64,000 nt of DNA from a virus: the IMG/VR virus record IMGVR_UViG_3300025418_001265, positions 1-64,000 of that record. One strand, 5' to 3'. The notes under the pieces were generated by a model. That model saw only the letters and a program-made list of their open reading frames with translations. It did not search any database and was not told the origin of the DNA. A program made the translations under genes and the position numbers. How positions within the stretch are numbered: position 1 is the stretch's first letter; the number at the start of each line of letters is the position of its first letter. Positions 1 to 9,935 of the stretch are shown piece after piece.

Positions 1-1053
1 ATCCTAAATGGTTTATTAATCACAGCATTCTTATGTGTACCTTATTTTATTGGATTACGCTTATTTGCTAATTACGGATATCTTACGGATTATACCTGGC
101 CTACTTTAGCGGTATTGTTACCCTGGGTAGGAGCTTTGTTCTTTAGATTTGTAATGGAATTTAAGTTAAAGCAGCAAATCAAGAAGCAATTTGGAACGTA
201 CTTAAGTGCAGCTTTAGTAGAAAAATTACAAAAGAACCCAGGACTGTTAAAGCTTGGTGGAGATGAAAGAGAGTTATCTATTATGTTTACTGATGTAAGA
301 GGCTTCACAACTATATCAGAGCATTATGGTAAAGACGTACAAGGTCTGACAATGATAATGAATCGTTATATGACTGCTATGACCCAAGCCATATTAGATA
401 ACGACGGAACCCTCGACAAATATATTGGTGATGCGCAAATGGCTTTCTGGAATGCTCCTTTAGATGATCCCGACCACGCTCGGAATGCTGTAAAAACAGC
501 TATGCAAATGCTAAAGAGACTTGATACATTTAATGAAGAAATAGCTAAAGAAGGTATACCAGCATTTGGTATGGGCTTAGGTATTAATACAGCTTCGGTA
601 GTAGTGGGTAATATGGGTAGCACTCAGCGATTTGATTACACTTGCTTAGGTGATGGTGTTAACCTAGCTTCTCGTTTAGAAGGACAATCTAAACCTTACG
701 GAGTACGTATTATTATTGGACCTTTAACTAAGAAGTATATTGAAATGTCTTATCAATGCTTTGAACTAGATTGTATTGCAGTTAAAGGTAAAAAAGAAGG
801 TGTAAAGATATACACAGTGCTTGAAAACAAGCTAAGAGAAAACGGCTTAGAAGTTATAAGAATGCACGAAGCGTTTCTTATAAACTACAGAAAACAAAAC
901 TGGGAAGAAGCAAAACTTTTAATAAACGCTTTAAAGAAATATAACCCTGAACTTAAAAAGTATTACGAAGCAATGGAAGAGAGAATAAAAGAGCTCCAAG
1001 GAGCTAACCTTGGAGCTGATTGGGACGGAGTTTATAGAGCTACGTCGAAATAA
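1..1053 (+). CDS. Class III adenylate cyclase, membrane-anchored (probably CHASE2-type), 5'-truncated by window edge
   Basis: Frame is open from base 1 (hydrophobic ILNGLLITAFLCVPYFIG...WPTLAVLLPW); motifs FTDVRGFT, DKYIGDAQMAFW, RFDYTCLGDGVNLASRLE with the ATP-specifying K/D pair; C-terminal WDGVY. Confidence 0.93.
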   Translation: MLNGLLITAFLCVPYFIGLRLFANYGYLTDYTWPTLAVLLPWVGALFFRFVMEFKLKQQIKKQFGTYLSAALVEKLQKNPGLLKLGGDERELSIMFTDVRGFTTISEHYGKDVQGLTMIMNRYMTAMTQAILDNDGTLDKYIGDAQMAFWNAPLDDPDHARNAVKTAMQMLKRLDTFNEEIAKEGIPAFGMGLGINTASVVVGNMGSTQRFDYTCLGDGVNLASRLEGQSKPYGVRIIIGPLTKKYIEMSYQCFELDCIAVKGKKEGVKIYTVLENKLRENGLEVIRMHEAFLINYRKQNWEEAKLLINALKKYNPELKKYYEAMEERIKELQGANLGADWDGVYRATSK

Positions 1054-1054
1054 C

Positions 1055-1753
1055 TTAGTAACCTAAAAGGTACTTGCGGCGCTTTGTGGGGCCTTCTACT
1101 TTATAACCTACTGGTGTTAAAGCAACAGCCTGTGCACCACCACCACGGCTACCTGTAGCAGGTACTGTAAATTCAAAGCAAGTATAATCGTGCTTTTGTA
1201 AATACATTTTGTGAGCTACTGGAACTGAGAATGTTACTGTTGCAGTACCTGGGTTAGCATAACCTGAACCCGTGTTAGTGATCTGTACACCAATAATGTT
1301 ACCATTACCCAAAATAGGTACACCAGTTGTAACATTTGAGCCAGAATCTGGAGCTGAGAATGTACAAGTTACTGCGCCATCATTGCCTGGACCCCAATAA
1401 CCTAAGCCACCATTTGTTATTACTACACCGCTAATGCTTTGTGTGTAGGTACCGCCAGCTAGATATGATACTGTACCTGTTGCACGAATGCATTGATAAG
1501 CACCGTCAATATAAATAGTACCTGTTCCAGAAGATTGACTCTCTACACCGCTAATATTAGCTGTATTCGTGTATGTTAACGCGAAATTAGCTTGAGCACT
1601 ACCTGTGCCGGACAGACTATTTGCGTAGCTAGGTATTACGTTAAATAATATAGCAGCTCTAGGATCGCTGATATTACAATCAACACCTTGATAGGTGGAT
1701 GGATTGTTACCAATTTGGTTTTGTGTAACTTGAGAATTAAAATAAGTAGCCAT
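1055..1753 (-). CDS. Putative virion structural protein, Gly/Thr-rich beta repeats
   Basis: VITNGGLGY/ITNTGSGY repeats typical of myovirus structural proteins; C-terminus paralogous to 1766..2134. Confidence 0.6.
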   Translation of the reverse strand: MATYFNSQVTQNQIGNNPSTYQGVDCNISDPRAAILFNVIPSYANSLSGTGSAQANFALTYTNTANISGVESQSSGTGTIYIDGAYQCIRATGTVSYLAGGTYTQSISGVVITNGGLGYWGPGNDGAVTCTFSAPDSGSNVTTGVPILGNGNIIGVQITNTGSGYANPGTATVTFSVPVAHKMYLQKHDYTCFEFTVPATGSRGGGAQAVALTPVGYKVEGPTKRRKYLLGY

Positions 1754-1765
1754 AGTGTTTAAAAA

Positions 1766-2134
1766 TTAATATCCTAAGAGATGTTTTCTTAAGTCGTTCA
1801 TACTTGAAACTGTACGACCTACAGGTGTTAAAGTAACTTTCTGTGTAGTAAATGCAGCATCTGCAGATACGGAGAACGAAAACGATTGTTTATCTGCTGT
1901 ATGTAGATATAAGGTATTGTTTAACTGTTTACCGTCTACTACTCCAGTACCAGATAGAGTATGAACTCCATTCAAGCCAACTGTATCATTCCAAAAAATG
2001 TTGATCCAGGAACCAGAAAGAGCTGTAGTTGGAGCATTATAAACTAATGTTTGACCGTTATTTGCTTTAGCGGTTTGAAAACCAACACCGGTGTTATTGT
2101 TTTCACCTACTTTTAATTCTTGATTGAAGTACAT
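1766..2134 (-). CDS. Hypothetical late protein, paralog of the 1055..1753 C-terminus
   Basis: Shared LYL..LTPVG...RK.LLGY ending; TAAATA box 6 nt upstream. Confidence 0.6.
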   Translation of the reverse strand: MYFNQELKVGENNNTGVGFQTAKANNGQTLVYNAPTTALSGSWINIFWNDTVGLNGVHTLSGTGVVDGKQLNNTLYLHTADKQSFSFSVSADAAFTTQKVTLTPVGRTVSSMNDLRKHLLGY

Positions 2135-2159
2135 ATGTATTATTTAGTAATAATACGAC

Positions 2160-2471
2160 TTAAAATCCTACACCACTACTATCTGTTTCTCTATTTGGAT
2201 CGGCACTATCACCGTTAGGTGTAACTAAGAATTCATCTTCTTCTTTAGCTACCTGTGTTTGGGTGTTTAACGAACTATTAGCAGCCTGTTTAACATTCTC
2301 ATCAGTGGAGTTAAGCAATGCTAATAATAACTCGTTAAAAGATGCTGTTAATTCTCTATTTGCACTCTGCTGAATTAAATTCTTAACATTAGCTAATTTT
2401 GTTGAGAAATCCTCTACAGCGGATTCTTTAATTACTTGTAGGTACTTCTCCGCTAATATTTTGTGTGTCAT
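2160..2471 (-). CDS. Hypothetical acidic late protein, possible internal head protein
   Basis: ORF; start moved to MTHK because TAAGTA (2477-2482) lies 5 nt upstream; LAEKYLQVIKES. Confidence 0.55.
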   Translation of the reverse strand: MTHKILAEKYLQVIKESAVEDFSTKLANVKNLIQQSANRELTASFNELLLALLNSTDENVKQAANSSLNTQTQVAKEEDEFLVTPNGDSADPNRETDSSGVGF

Positions 2472-3087
2472 TATCATACTTAGGAGGTTGGAAGTTTTCT
2501 TCTAGTATAAATTCACCGGAAACGTGCGTAAGTTCATCCTTTAAACGTATTTTAAAAGGTACTTCAGCATCTGTCCAGATCTTTTGCAGTATTCTTTCAT
2601 CTATCTTAAACGTTTCAAACTTATAGAAATCCGCAAATGCTTCTTTAATATATTCGTTAACAATCTTTAAGGTAACAGCCTCGTCTTCATTAAGAGTTTT
2701 TGCAAAGCCTATATATTTTGTATCGAAAAAGTAAAACTTAATTTCAACTGGTTCCCCTGGGTTAGCGCTATAACTGCAGGTTCTAAAAGCACGACCTGGA
2801 GTAACATAGTACGGTCTCCATTGTCTTTCAAGACTCTTTACAAAAAGGTCTTTACCCACTTCTCCAGCTGTTAAGCTTATTGTTGTACCACAATCTCTCT
2901 CAACTATTACAAAACAAGTATCAAACCAAGGGTTGATGGTGTGCAATATACGGTAGTCTGATTTGTTTCTTAAATTTTGAGAAGGGTGTATAATGCCCAT
3001 TGCTGGTCCACGATACTCCTCAGACATAGGGTTTTGTCTACCGTCTAGAAAAGATTGACTTTTATATAGTATAGGTGTTTTAGCCAT
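2428..3087 (-). CDS. Hypothetical protein
   Basis: 219-aa ORF co-oriented with its neighbours; no motif recognised. Confidence 0.6.
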   Translation of the reverse strand: MAKTPILYKSQSFLDGRQNPMSEEYRGPAMGIIHPSQNLRNKSDYRILHTINPWFDTCFVIVERDCGTTISLTAGEVGKDLFVKSLERQWRPYYVTPGRAFRTCSYSANPGEPVEIKFYFFDTKYIGFAKTLNEDEAVTLKIVNEYIKEAFADFYKFETFKIDERILQKIWTDAEVPFKIRLKDELTHVSGEFILEENFQPPKYDNDTQNISGEVPTSN

Positions 3088-3090
3088 ATA

Positions 3091-4620
3091 TTATGCGCAT
3101 TCGGTTTTACAGAAGTGATAGAATTCTGCCATTTCAGGGAACGTACCTAAGAAACTTGCGCCTCTACGGCGGTCGTGCTCATCAATAAACATATGGAAGC
3201 CTCGACGATCTACTAGTACATCGTTGTTACGACCAATATTGTTTACAATTGCGTTCTTCATTACCCCGTATACCCGTCGCATATCGTGTGCATTATAAGC
3301 TGCAAACCCGGTCTTAACCATTTTTCTGAGACCATCTTCTCCTACTTTAAATACTGCTAAGTTTTGCTCAATAAACTTTATAGTTTCATCCATATAGTCT
3401 AAATAATCTTCTGTAAGAATCCAAGCGCTTAAGAACTGAGGGTGTCTTAGATATGGCATATCTAAATTAATAGGAAACCAATTTGCACGGCCATATACAC
3501 CGTCCATTTCACCATACACCGTATGTTTATGGTATAGAGGTAGTAAGTCTTTTAAGAACCCGGTAAACGAGGTAACACTTAGTGCATTATAAGTGCACAT
3601 AATTGAAATCTGTATATATGGGCATTCGGTAAGAATGCGGTCGAGATTGCTAAGCCAATATTTATAATTTAAACCATTACGAATGTACTCAGCACGAGCA
3701 CCTTGTGCTTCACAACTTGTAAAAATTGTTATGTTGCTTGCAGCCTTAGCATTATGTATTCTTTTGATACCTTCAATAAGTTTATCAATATATTGTTTAG
3801 GTGCACCTAGATTCGAATTAATATCAAATTGGCATTCAGGTTGTGGGTGTTCGACTAGGTAATCGATTAGTTTAAAAGTATTTTTACTTAGAAGCGGTTC
3901 TCCACCGGTAACTCGTAATGTACGTAAATTACCTATAATATCTGGCAACCATTTCCAGAATGCTTGAATGTATGGATTATCGTCTTCGTCAACTTCTAGA
4001 GGCATACCACCATCTTCAGCAATAGCTTTAGTAGAATTAAAAACACTAGCTCCTACGTTATAAGGACCGTGCTCTCTAATCTCTTTAGCCCAGGTAGTAG
4101 AATAAGACGGAGAACAATATATACACTTAAAATTGCAGGAACTAGAAAAGTCTAGCTCAACATATTTTGGTGCTATATTAGTATCCCAGGGCATTTGCGG
4201 GATAGTATTAATGGTTTGATCGTTCCATTTATTAGAACTCTTCTTAACTCTATCACTATACAGACCAGGCTCGTTTAAATCTTCTACTCGCCAACAGAAA
4301 TTACACTCAGATGGTCTTTCCCCGTTTAGCATCATTTTACGGGTATTTTTCTTTTCTTTAGTATTATGTAATGCAGAAGGATTGTCCTTTAATTCTTCTA
4401 AAGGTATTTTATGTACTCTGCAGTGATGGCAGCTATGTGTAGTTCCATTAGCTAAATGAATAGTGACTTGATTCCATTTAGCTAAACAGAAGCTAGTACT
4501 AGTTCTATCGAGTTGGTCTTTAGTTTTTTTCAACCAAGGCAAATCTTTAGCGTTATTTTTTAACGTCCAGTGCTCATCTGGCTTATCAATGGAAGGTGTT
4601 ATTTCTTCATTTTCTGTCAT
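3091..4620 (-). CDS. Radical SAM protein with Twitch/SPASM-like Fe-S domain
   Basis: CNFKCIYC (CxxxCxxC), TGGEPLL, N-terminal CLAKW...SCHH and PSECNFCW cysteines. Confidence 0.9.
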   Translation of the reverse strand: MTENEEITPSIDKPDEHWTLKNNAKDLPWLKKTKDQLDRTSTSFCLAKWNQVTIHLANGTTHSCHHCRVHKIPLEELKDNPSALHNTKEKKNTRKMMLNGERPSECNFCWRVEDLNEPGLYSDRVKKSSNKWNDQTINTIPQMPWDTNIAPKYVELDFSSSCNFKCIYCSPSYSTTWAKEIREHGPYNVGASVFNSTKAIAEDGGMPLEVDEDDNPYIQAFWKWLPDIIGNLRTLRVTGGEPLLSKNTFKLIDYLVEHPQPECQFDINSNLGAPKQYIDKLIEGIKRIHNAKAASNITIFTSCEAQGARAEYIRNGLNYKYWLSNLDRILTECPYIQISIMCTYNALSVTSFTGFLKDLLPLYHKHTVYGEMDGVYGRANWFPINLDMPYLRHPQFLSAWILTEDYLDYMDETIKFIEQNLAVFKVGEDGLRKMVKTGFAAYNAHDMRRVYGVMKNAIVNNIGRNNDVLVDRRGFHMFIDEHDRRRGASFLGTFPEMAEFYHFCKTECA

Positions 4621-4655
4621 ACTATGAATTACGTGTTTTAATTGAGAAAGCTACT

Positions 4656-6128
4656 TTAACAAAATATTTTTAAGTTGGTATGGCTAAATTCTTTTGCCTG
4701 TACTTTACTATTAATCAAGGGTTTACCTTTTACATTTAAACTAGTATTAAGAAGTATTGGGCAACCGGTCTTTGCGTACCACTTTGTGAGTAATTGATGG
4801 GCAAACGGAGTATCAACATCCACAGTCTGTATTCTAGAACTACCATCAACGTGCACTATACCTGGATATAGGTCAGGACGTTTACAGATATGTGTAAATT
4901 GCATATAAGGATATGAATCTGTCTTGCCCTTATTAAAGAAGTTATCATTAAAATGCTCTTTTAATATCATTGGAGCAAACGGTCTAAACTTTTCCCGGCC
5001 TTTTACTTCGTTAACAATATCTTTAATATTGTGTACTCTAGGGTCAGCTAAAATAGAACGATGACCTAATGCTCTAGGTCCGAATTCAGCTTTACCAAAT
5101 ATAACTCCTGCCATTTTATTAGTATCTAAATAGTTTACTAACTCATCAATATCGATGTTTGTTTCAGCATCGTGCCCTAAATAAAGGTTTCTAAATTCTA
5201 CAGATTCATTAAGATAAGCTAATGCAGCACCTACTGCAGAACCTGAATCGCCTGGATTAGGAAATATATGCATTTCATCTACTAGTTCTAAAAGAAAACT
5301 ATTAGCTGTGCAATTAAGTGCGCATCCACCTGAAAATACTAATTTCTTATAGCCAGTTTTATTAAGATACTCTGTTGCTATATCAACAACAATATCTTCG
5401 TATATTTTTTGAGCTGCCAAGGCAATATCAAATTTATTAGCTTCAATCTCATCCTGCGGTATCAAACCTCTACAACCTCTACGAAGATCTAGTACTAGAT
5501 TACAATCTTCGTCGAATAAATTTTCTAGAAAAAACTTATAATATTTCTGCCAATTCGAAGTACCAAAAGCAGCCATACCCATCATAATATACTCTTCTTC
5601 TTGAGGTTTAAGCCCAAGTAGCTGGGTTATAGATGAATAGAACAAACCTAGTGAATTAGGGTAGTTACGAGAGTGTATACATTTATATTTTCCGTTATCT
5701 ATGTCCCACACCGATAGAGTTTTAAATTCTCCTACTGAATCTACTACTAATCCTAATGTTTTATCCGTGTTGAATGGTGCTGTATATAGAGATGCACATA
5801 AGTGAGATACGTGATGATCTACGTACTGGATTGGTGCTTTAACTCCGTACATTTCAAATGTACGCGCCACGCTATACGGTTCCCATAATTTATCTACTAC
5901 TAGACGTCTTACGAATTTCTTGAAAGGCTTTTCGTACCAAACAATAACATCAGGTTCCCCGTACTGTAGTGCATCAGCAATTAACTCTATATTAAAATTA
6001 GGGTCGTTCTTTATCCGGGAATAACGTTCAGAAGAAGAAGCAAATACAAGCTTACCATTGCTTATAACAGCAAGAGCAGCGTCGTGAGATAATCCGGATG
6101 CACCCCAAATTACTTGTTGTTTTCTCAT
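4656..6128 (-). CDS. Carbamoyltransferase (NodU/CmcH/TobZ family)
   Basis: HDAALA, ERYSRIK, HHVSH, SLGLFY, SGGCALNC, EFGPRALGHRSILADP, RPFAP, HVDGSSRIQTV, LLNTSLN. Confidence 0.95.
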   Translation of the reverse strand: MRKQQVIWGASGLSHDAALAVISNGKLVFASSSERYSRIKNDPNFNIELIADALQYGEPDVIVWYEKPFKKFVRRLVVDKLWEPYSVARTFEMYGVKAPIQYVDHHVSHLCASLYTAPFNTDKTLGLVVDSVGEFKTLSVWDIDNGKYKCIHSRNYPNSLGLFYSSITQLLGLKPQEEEYIMMGMAAFGTSNWQKYYKFFLENLFDEDCNLVLDLRRGCRGLIPQDEIEANKFDIALAAQKIYEDIVVDIATEYLNKTGYKKLVFSGGCALNCTANSFLLELVDEMHIFPNPGDSGSAVGAALAYLNESVEFRNLYLGHDAETNIDIDELVNYLDTNKMAGVIFGKAEFGPRALGHRSILADPRVHNIKDIVNEVKGREKFRPFAPMILKEHFNDNFFNKGKTDSYPYMQFTHICKRPDLYPGIVHVDGSSRIQTVDVDTPFAHQLLTKWYAKTGCPILLNTSLNVKGKPLINSKVQAKEFSHTNLKIFC

Positions 6129-6742
6129 TGAATCTGTGAAGCAGTAAGTTTCTTAATTATTAACTGTTCGGCTTCAAATAATATTTCATAACGACCGGCT
6201 TCAGTTCTACGAAACACTTCAACCATTTCTCTATAATGTGTACTCTGTTTACCTAAAGCAGTTACTTTAGCCTTAGCATCATAATTACCAATTATCATTA
6301 TACCTTTATCTTTTAATAAAGTAAAAGCTGTAAGAAATTGTCTTAATGCATCTCTACTAACAGTAGTACCGTGTATATAAATTAAATCAAATTTGCTATT
6401 TGCTAAGACAGGCCCTAGTAATGCAAGCTCGTACATTTTATACTCTACATTACCTTTTACTTTTACTATTTTATATGATTCGTCAGTACCAGTTACATTT
6501 CTATCAAATGTCTTTTCTGTTTCCCGTTGTATCCAGGTATCACAGCAATAGACTCTATCTCCGGTGCCTGTTGTTACGTGTTTTTGCATCCATAAAGACG
6601 CCATACCTTCACCTGCACCTATATCTAAAGCATAAATTAAATCTGGTCGTTTCTGAGAAGCTTTAATATCCTCATCATTGAGAATACAGTCTTCCCAAAC
6701 AGGAATAAATTTAGTGAAATTGTCGTATGTAAATTTAGGCAT
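6125..6742 (-). CDS. Class I SAM-dependent methyltransferase-like (Methyltransf_24-like, degenerate)
   Basis: ALDIGAGEGMASLW, CCDTW, FDLIYIHG, LKDKGIMII. Confidence 0.75.
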   Translation of the reverse strand: MPKFTYDNFTKFIPVWEDCILNDEDIKASQKRPDLIYALDIGAGEGMASLWMQKHVTTGTGDRVYCCDTWIQRETEKTFDRNVTGTDESYKIVKVKGNVEYKMYELALLGPVLANSKFDLIYIHGTTVSRDALRQFLTAFTLLKDKGIMIIGNYDAKAKVTALGKQSTHYREMVEVFRRTEAGRYEILFEAEQLIIKKLTASQIQ

Positions 6743-6746
6743 ATTG

Positions 6747-8621
6747 TTACTGTATTGTTCCGTCTAGTAGTGAACCGTCTTCTCTTCTATCCATAAAGTA
6801 TTTTTGAATCATTTTTAACCAGGTGTCAGGTACATTGTGTAATTCTAGTATACCTTGTTCATTAATATAGATATGTTTTTCAGGGTTATACCAGGTCATA
6901 AGGAATGCCCGGTCTACGTAGCTACGGTTAAATATGTCGCCGTGCCATTCGTGAAAGCAATTACCTTTAACATATGATACTAACTTCTTTTGACCTGCAC
7001 CTTCACCTGAACCTGGTAATTTACCCGCAGCCCAATCTATAATATGTTTTTTCCAAGAGTGGAAAGGTGCATATTCAGGGTTATTATTTAAACCAATACC
7101 TATATTAGTATTTTCTTGGAATGGAGTTTCAAATATAGTATATAAGAAAGTAGTGTCGCCGTGACCTAATGGACAGTATGGGTATAAACCACCAATGTTA
7201 GGTGCCCACATTGATCGGTTTGCGGCTATACCGAAACCAGGATGTCCTGACCAGGAATCAGGTACTGGTGGGTATTTGCACATTGCAGGTGCTTCTTTAG
7301 CAACTGTACCTGTCTCAGTAGTCCAATATGCATTTTCGAATACCTGTACCAATTGATGATTATCTAAAGCAAATGAGGTTTCATCATACCAGGTATCGTT
7401 ATCTAAAAATACATCACAATCAAACCAGGCGATCTTAGTATATTCATCCGGTACTAACTTTTCAGCTAAATTAAGAAGGCATTCCTTTTGGAATAAAATG
7501 TTATTGTCTGTGCATTTAATACGTAACCAATTTTCATTACCCTCTGTTACGAAGTTACCGTGTAATGAAAGTTCAACGCCATATACTGGAATCTGCTTAG
7601 ACTCCATATAACGAATAAATCTATTTAAGTTAGCAATCGGTCTCTTATAGCCAGGCCAATTAAAATGACAGGTAATTACTGCCATATCGTTACGATGACG
7701 TAATAAAGGTTTCTTTTTACGCCAATCTGTTAAAAACTTTACGTCTATCGTCTCTAATGCTGTTGCTTGTATATGGAATTTAGTTTGTAACTTTACATTA
7801 TGTAAGTGACGAACTCTATTTGCTACTTCTTCATCTATCTTTTCAGAATGTATTATAACAGCTTGACTATTAATTGTCTGTATATCAACGCTGTTTAACA
7901 ATAGTTTACGATAAAGATCTAAACCTTCATAACAGCTACCGATAAAGTTTTCATCGAAACCTCCATCCTTAAGAAACTTCTCTCTCTTATAAATAAATGA
8001 AATATCACCGTATAAGCTTAAATACGCACCTTGTTGATCAGTGTAGTCGATCTCAACTTTTTCATTATTGAGAATCTTAATTGTTTCTTCTTCAGTAGTT
8101 CTTTTTGCTATCTTATACGGTTGAACATAGTTATAAACAGAATCAATCCAATCAAAGATTGATTGCCAGTTCATTACTGTATTAGCTTCATTAACCCATA
8201 TCCATTCTGTATCTACGTGATACTTTGTTATATAATTCAGTAATGCAGTTCTATGTATTACCTTATCTTCACTACTCTCAAATTTTCTTGGCCACATTAC
8301 GTACTTTGTATTAGGTGCGTTTTCGACTAATTGCTTAACTGGCGTAATTACTGGCTCGTCTACCTGCTCAGCAACAATAATTTTACACCCTGTTGCAGCA
8401 AGTCGTGGTAGAATATAAAGAAGTCCTTTTAACTTATACCCCTTTATCTTGTATACTGGGATAACAAAAGTGAATTCTTTTTTATTAACCCGAGTTATCT
8501 CTTTAATAGGCTCAGGTGTTGTTAGTTCAAATTCTAAACTTGTATTAGCCGCTTCAAATTTTTCTCTAGCATATTTTGAATACAGCGGTAGTTTATCTGA
8601 AGGTATAGATGTTTCGGACAT
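6747..8621 (-). CDS. Two-domain glycosyltransferase-like protein (GT-A folds)
   Basis: TFVIPVY, GGFDENFIGSCYEG (GT2/GT7-like); second domain FQKECLLN...AWFDCDVF (DxD), GHGDT, HEWHG. Confidence 0.75.
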   Translation of the reverse strand: MSETSIPSDKLPLYSKYAREKFEAANTSLEFELTTPEPIKEITRVNKKEFTFVIPVYKIKGYKLKGLLYILPRLAATGCKIIVAEQVDEPVITPVKQLVENAPNTKYVMWPRKFESSEDKVIHRTALLNYITKYHVDTEWIWVNEANTVMNWQSIFDWIDSVYNYVQPYKIAKRTTEEETIKILNNEKVEIDYTDQQGAYLSLYGDISFIYKREKFLKDGGFDENFIGSCYEGLDLYRKLLLNSVDIQTINSQAVIIHSEKIDEEVANRVRHLHNVKLQTKFHIQATALETIDVKFLTDWRKKKPLLRHRNDMAVITCHFNWPGYKRPIANLNRFIRYMESKQIPVYGVELSLHGNFVTEGNENWLRIKCTDNNILFQKECLLNLAEKLVPDEYTKIAWFDCDVFLDNDTWYDETSFALDNHQLVQVFENAYWTTETGTVAKEAPAMCKYPPVPDSWSGHPGFGIAANRSMWAPNIGGLYPYCPLGHGDTTFLYTIFETPFQENTNIGIGLNNNPEYAPFHSWKKHIIDWAAGKLPGSGEGAGQKKLVSYVKGNCFHEWHGDIFNRSYVDRAFLMTWYNPEKHIYINEQGILELHNVPDTWLKMIQKYFMDRREDGSLLDGTIQ

Positions 8622-8674
8622 ACAGGTATAATAATTTAACCTGTTTTCTTAAAATATCAATACCTAAAATAGTA

Positions 8675-8926
8675 TTAATAACCGTAATATGCAAATATGT
8701 AGCGCAGATCTCCGTTAGGAGCACCAGACCCTTTATTAATCGACTTATAATTAGTATTATAACTAATTTGATCGAAGCCTTGGTAGTTACTGGATTGAAA
8801 CAATGTAGCTAAGTCAACACCACTAACTTTATAGCCTGTGTTTGAAGGGTGCGTACCGCTTACGTAAGCTTTAAATATACCGCTTAGATCGCCGTGTCCA
8901 GATACTTTGTAAGGATAACCTGCCAT
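8675..8926 (-). CDS. Small late protein with three Y-x-x-x-G-x-DL-x-x-[IL]F repeats
   Basis: YKVSGHGDLSGIF / YKVSGVDLATLF / GDLRYIF; resembles 28095..28400; TATAAGTA upstream. Confidence 0.6.
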   Translation of the reverse strand: MAGYPYKVSGHGDLSGIFKAYVSGTHPSNTGYKVSGVDLATLFQSSNYQGFDQISYNTNYKSINKGSGAPNGDLRYIFAYYGY

Positions 8927-8943
8927 AGTTCAATATACTTATA

Positions 8944-9264
8944 TTAACCTAGGTAATTTCCTGGCGGTAAAGATGAAATACCAGGCGCTGTAGTAACGAC
9001 CTGGGCATATGGTACATAACGTTGACCGTAACCACCTACCTGGTTACCAGCTGACAACGTTCCTGTTGTTAAAATTACTGATGCACTAACTCCAGCTACA
9101 ATCGTATAAACTGCATTAGGTGTACCACCTGTATTGCGAACAGTCATAGGGGTATAATCCCCTGCATTTAAATATGTGGCGTTAATATTACCACTACTAT
9201 CATTTATAAATGCTAAATAGGAACTGTTTAAATTATTTACAAAATTGACGTCTGGATTAGCCAT
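8944..9264 (-). CDS. Hypothetical late/virion protein
   Basis: N/T/G-rich 106-aa ORF, TAAGTA upstream. Confidence 0.55.
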   Translation of the reverse strand: MANPDVNFVNNLNSSYLAFINDSSGNINATYLNAGDYTPMTVRNTGGTPNAVYTIVAGVSASVILTTGTLSAGNQVGGYGQRYVPYAQVVTTAPGISSLPPGNYLG

Positions 9265-9310
9265 ATAGGGTAGTACAGTTAATACTTACATAATTAACTG
9301 GTAAACTACG

Positions 9311-9583
9311 TTAGCTTTGTTTATTATTTTGTAGCTTTTTACCCTCTGCAGAAATATATGTCTTTTTTACTTCTTCTATAGTGCCGTGCTTGGCAATAAG
9401 CTTACGAATATATGCTAAAGATGTATATTTGTTAGTTTTATTCGTTACAGGGCAAGTGAGATATAAAGGTAGAGGAAATCCGCGAGATTGTTCTTTTTGT
9501 GCCTTAGTAGCAGCTCTCTTAGCTGAAGGTGCGCGACGTTTTTTAACTGGTTGTACAGTGGATTGAGTATTAGTATCTTCCAT
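9311..9583 (-). CDS. Hypothetical basic protein, paralog of the 11049..11594 N-terminus
   Basis: CPVTNK...YIRKLIAKHGTIEEVKKTYISAEGKKL. Confidence 0.6.
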   Translation of the reverse strand: MEDTNTQSTVQPVKKRRAPSAKRAATKAQKEQSRGFPLPLYLTCPVTNKTNKYTSLAYIRKLIAKHGTIEEVKKTYISAEGKKLQNNKQS

Positions 9584-9615
9584 AGTATAATGACTTAAGT
9601 TAAAGTATTAATAAA

Positions 9616-9915
9616 TCAACGGTGATTTAAACGGAACACTATATGTGCTCTTTGAGATTCGGAAGTAACTTCTGCAGCTGGATAATAACGATAAACTGCA
9701 TTTCTAATATTCTCTACAATCTTCATATTCTCTCCCCAAATTTCAAGCCCTTGACCTGGTCTTGGACGTGTTAATGCACCGTAATTGCACCAGAGTAATA
9801 AATCCGGACCGTCTTTTCTACTGAAAACCTTAATATTATTTAAAACTAACTCTTTAACTAAATCTGGATGTGGTTGATTTGGGTTGTGCTGTTGTTTTTG
9901 TTGTTTACGGTTCAT
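9616..9915 (-). CDS. Hypothetical protein
   Basis: 99-aa ORF, TAAGTA 9 nt upstream. Confidence 0.55.
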   Translation of the reverse strand: MNRKQQKQQHNPNQPHPDLVKELVLNNIKVFSRKDGPDLLLWCNYGALTRPRPGQGLEIWGENMKIVENIRNAVYRYYPAAEVTSESQRAHIVFRLNHR

Positions 9916-9935
9916 ACAAGCACTTACTTAATGTA

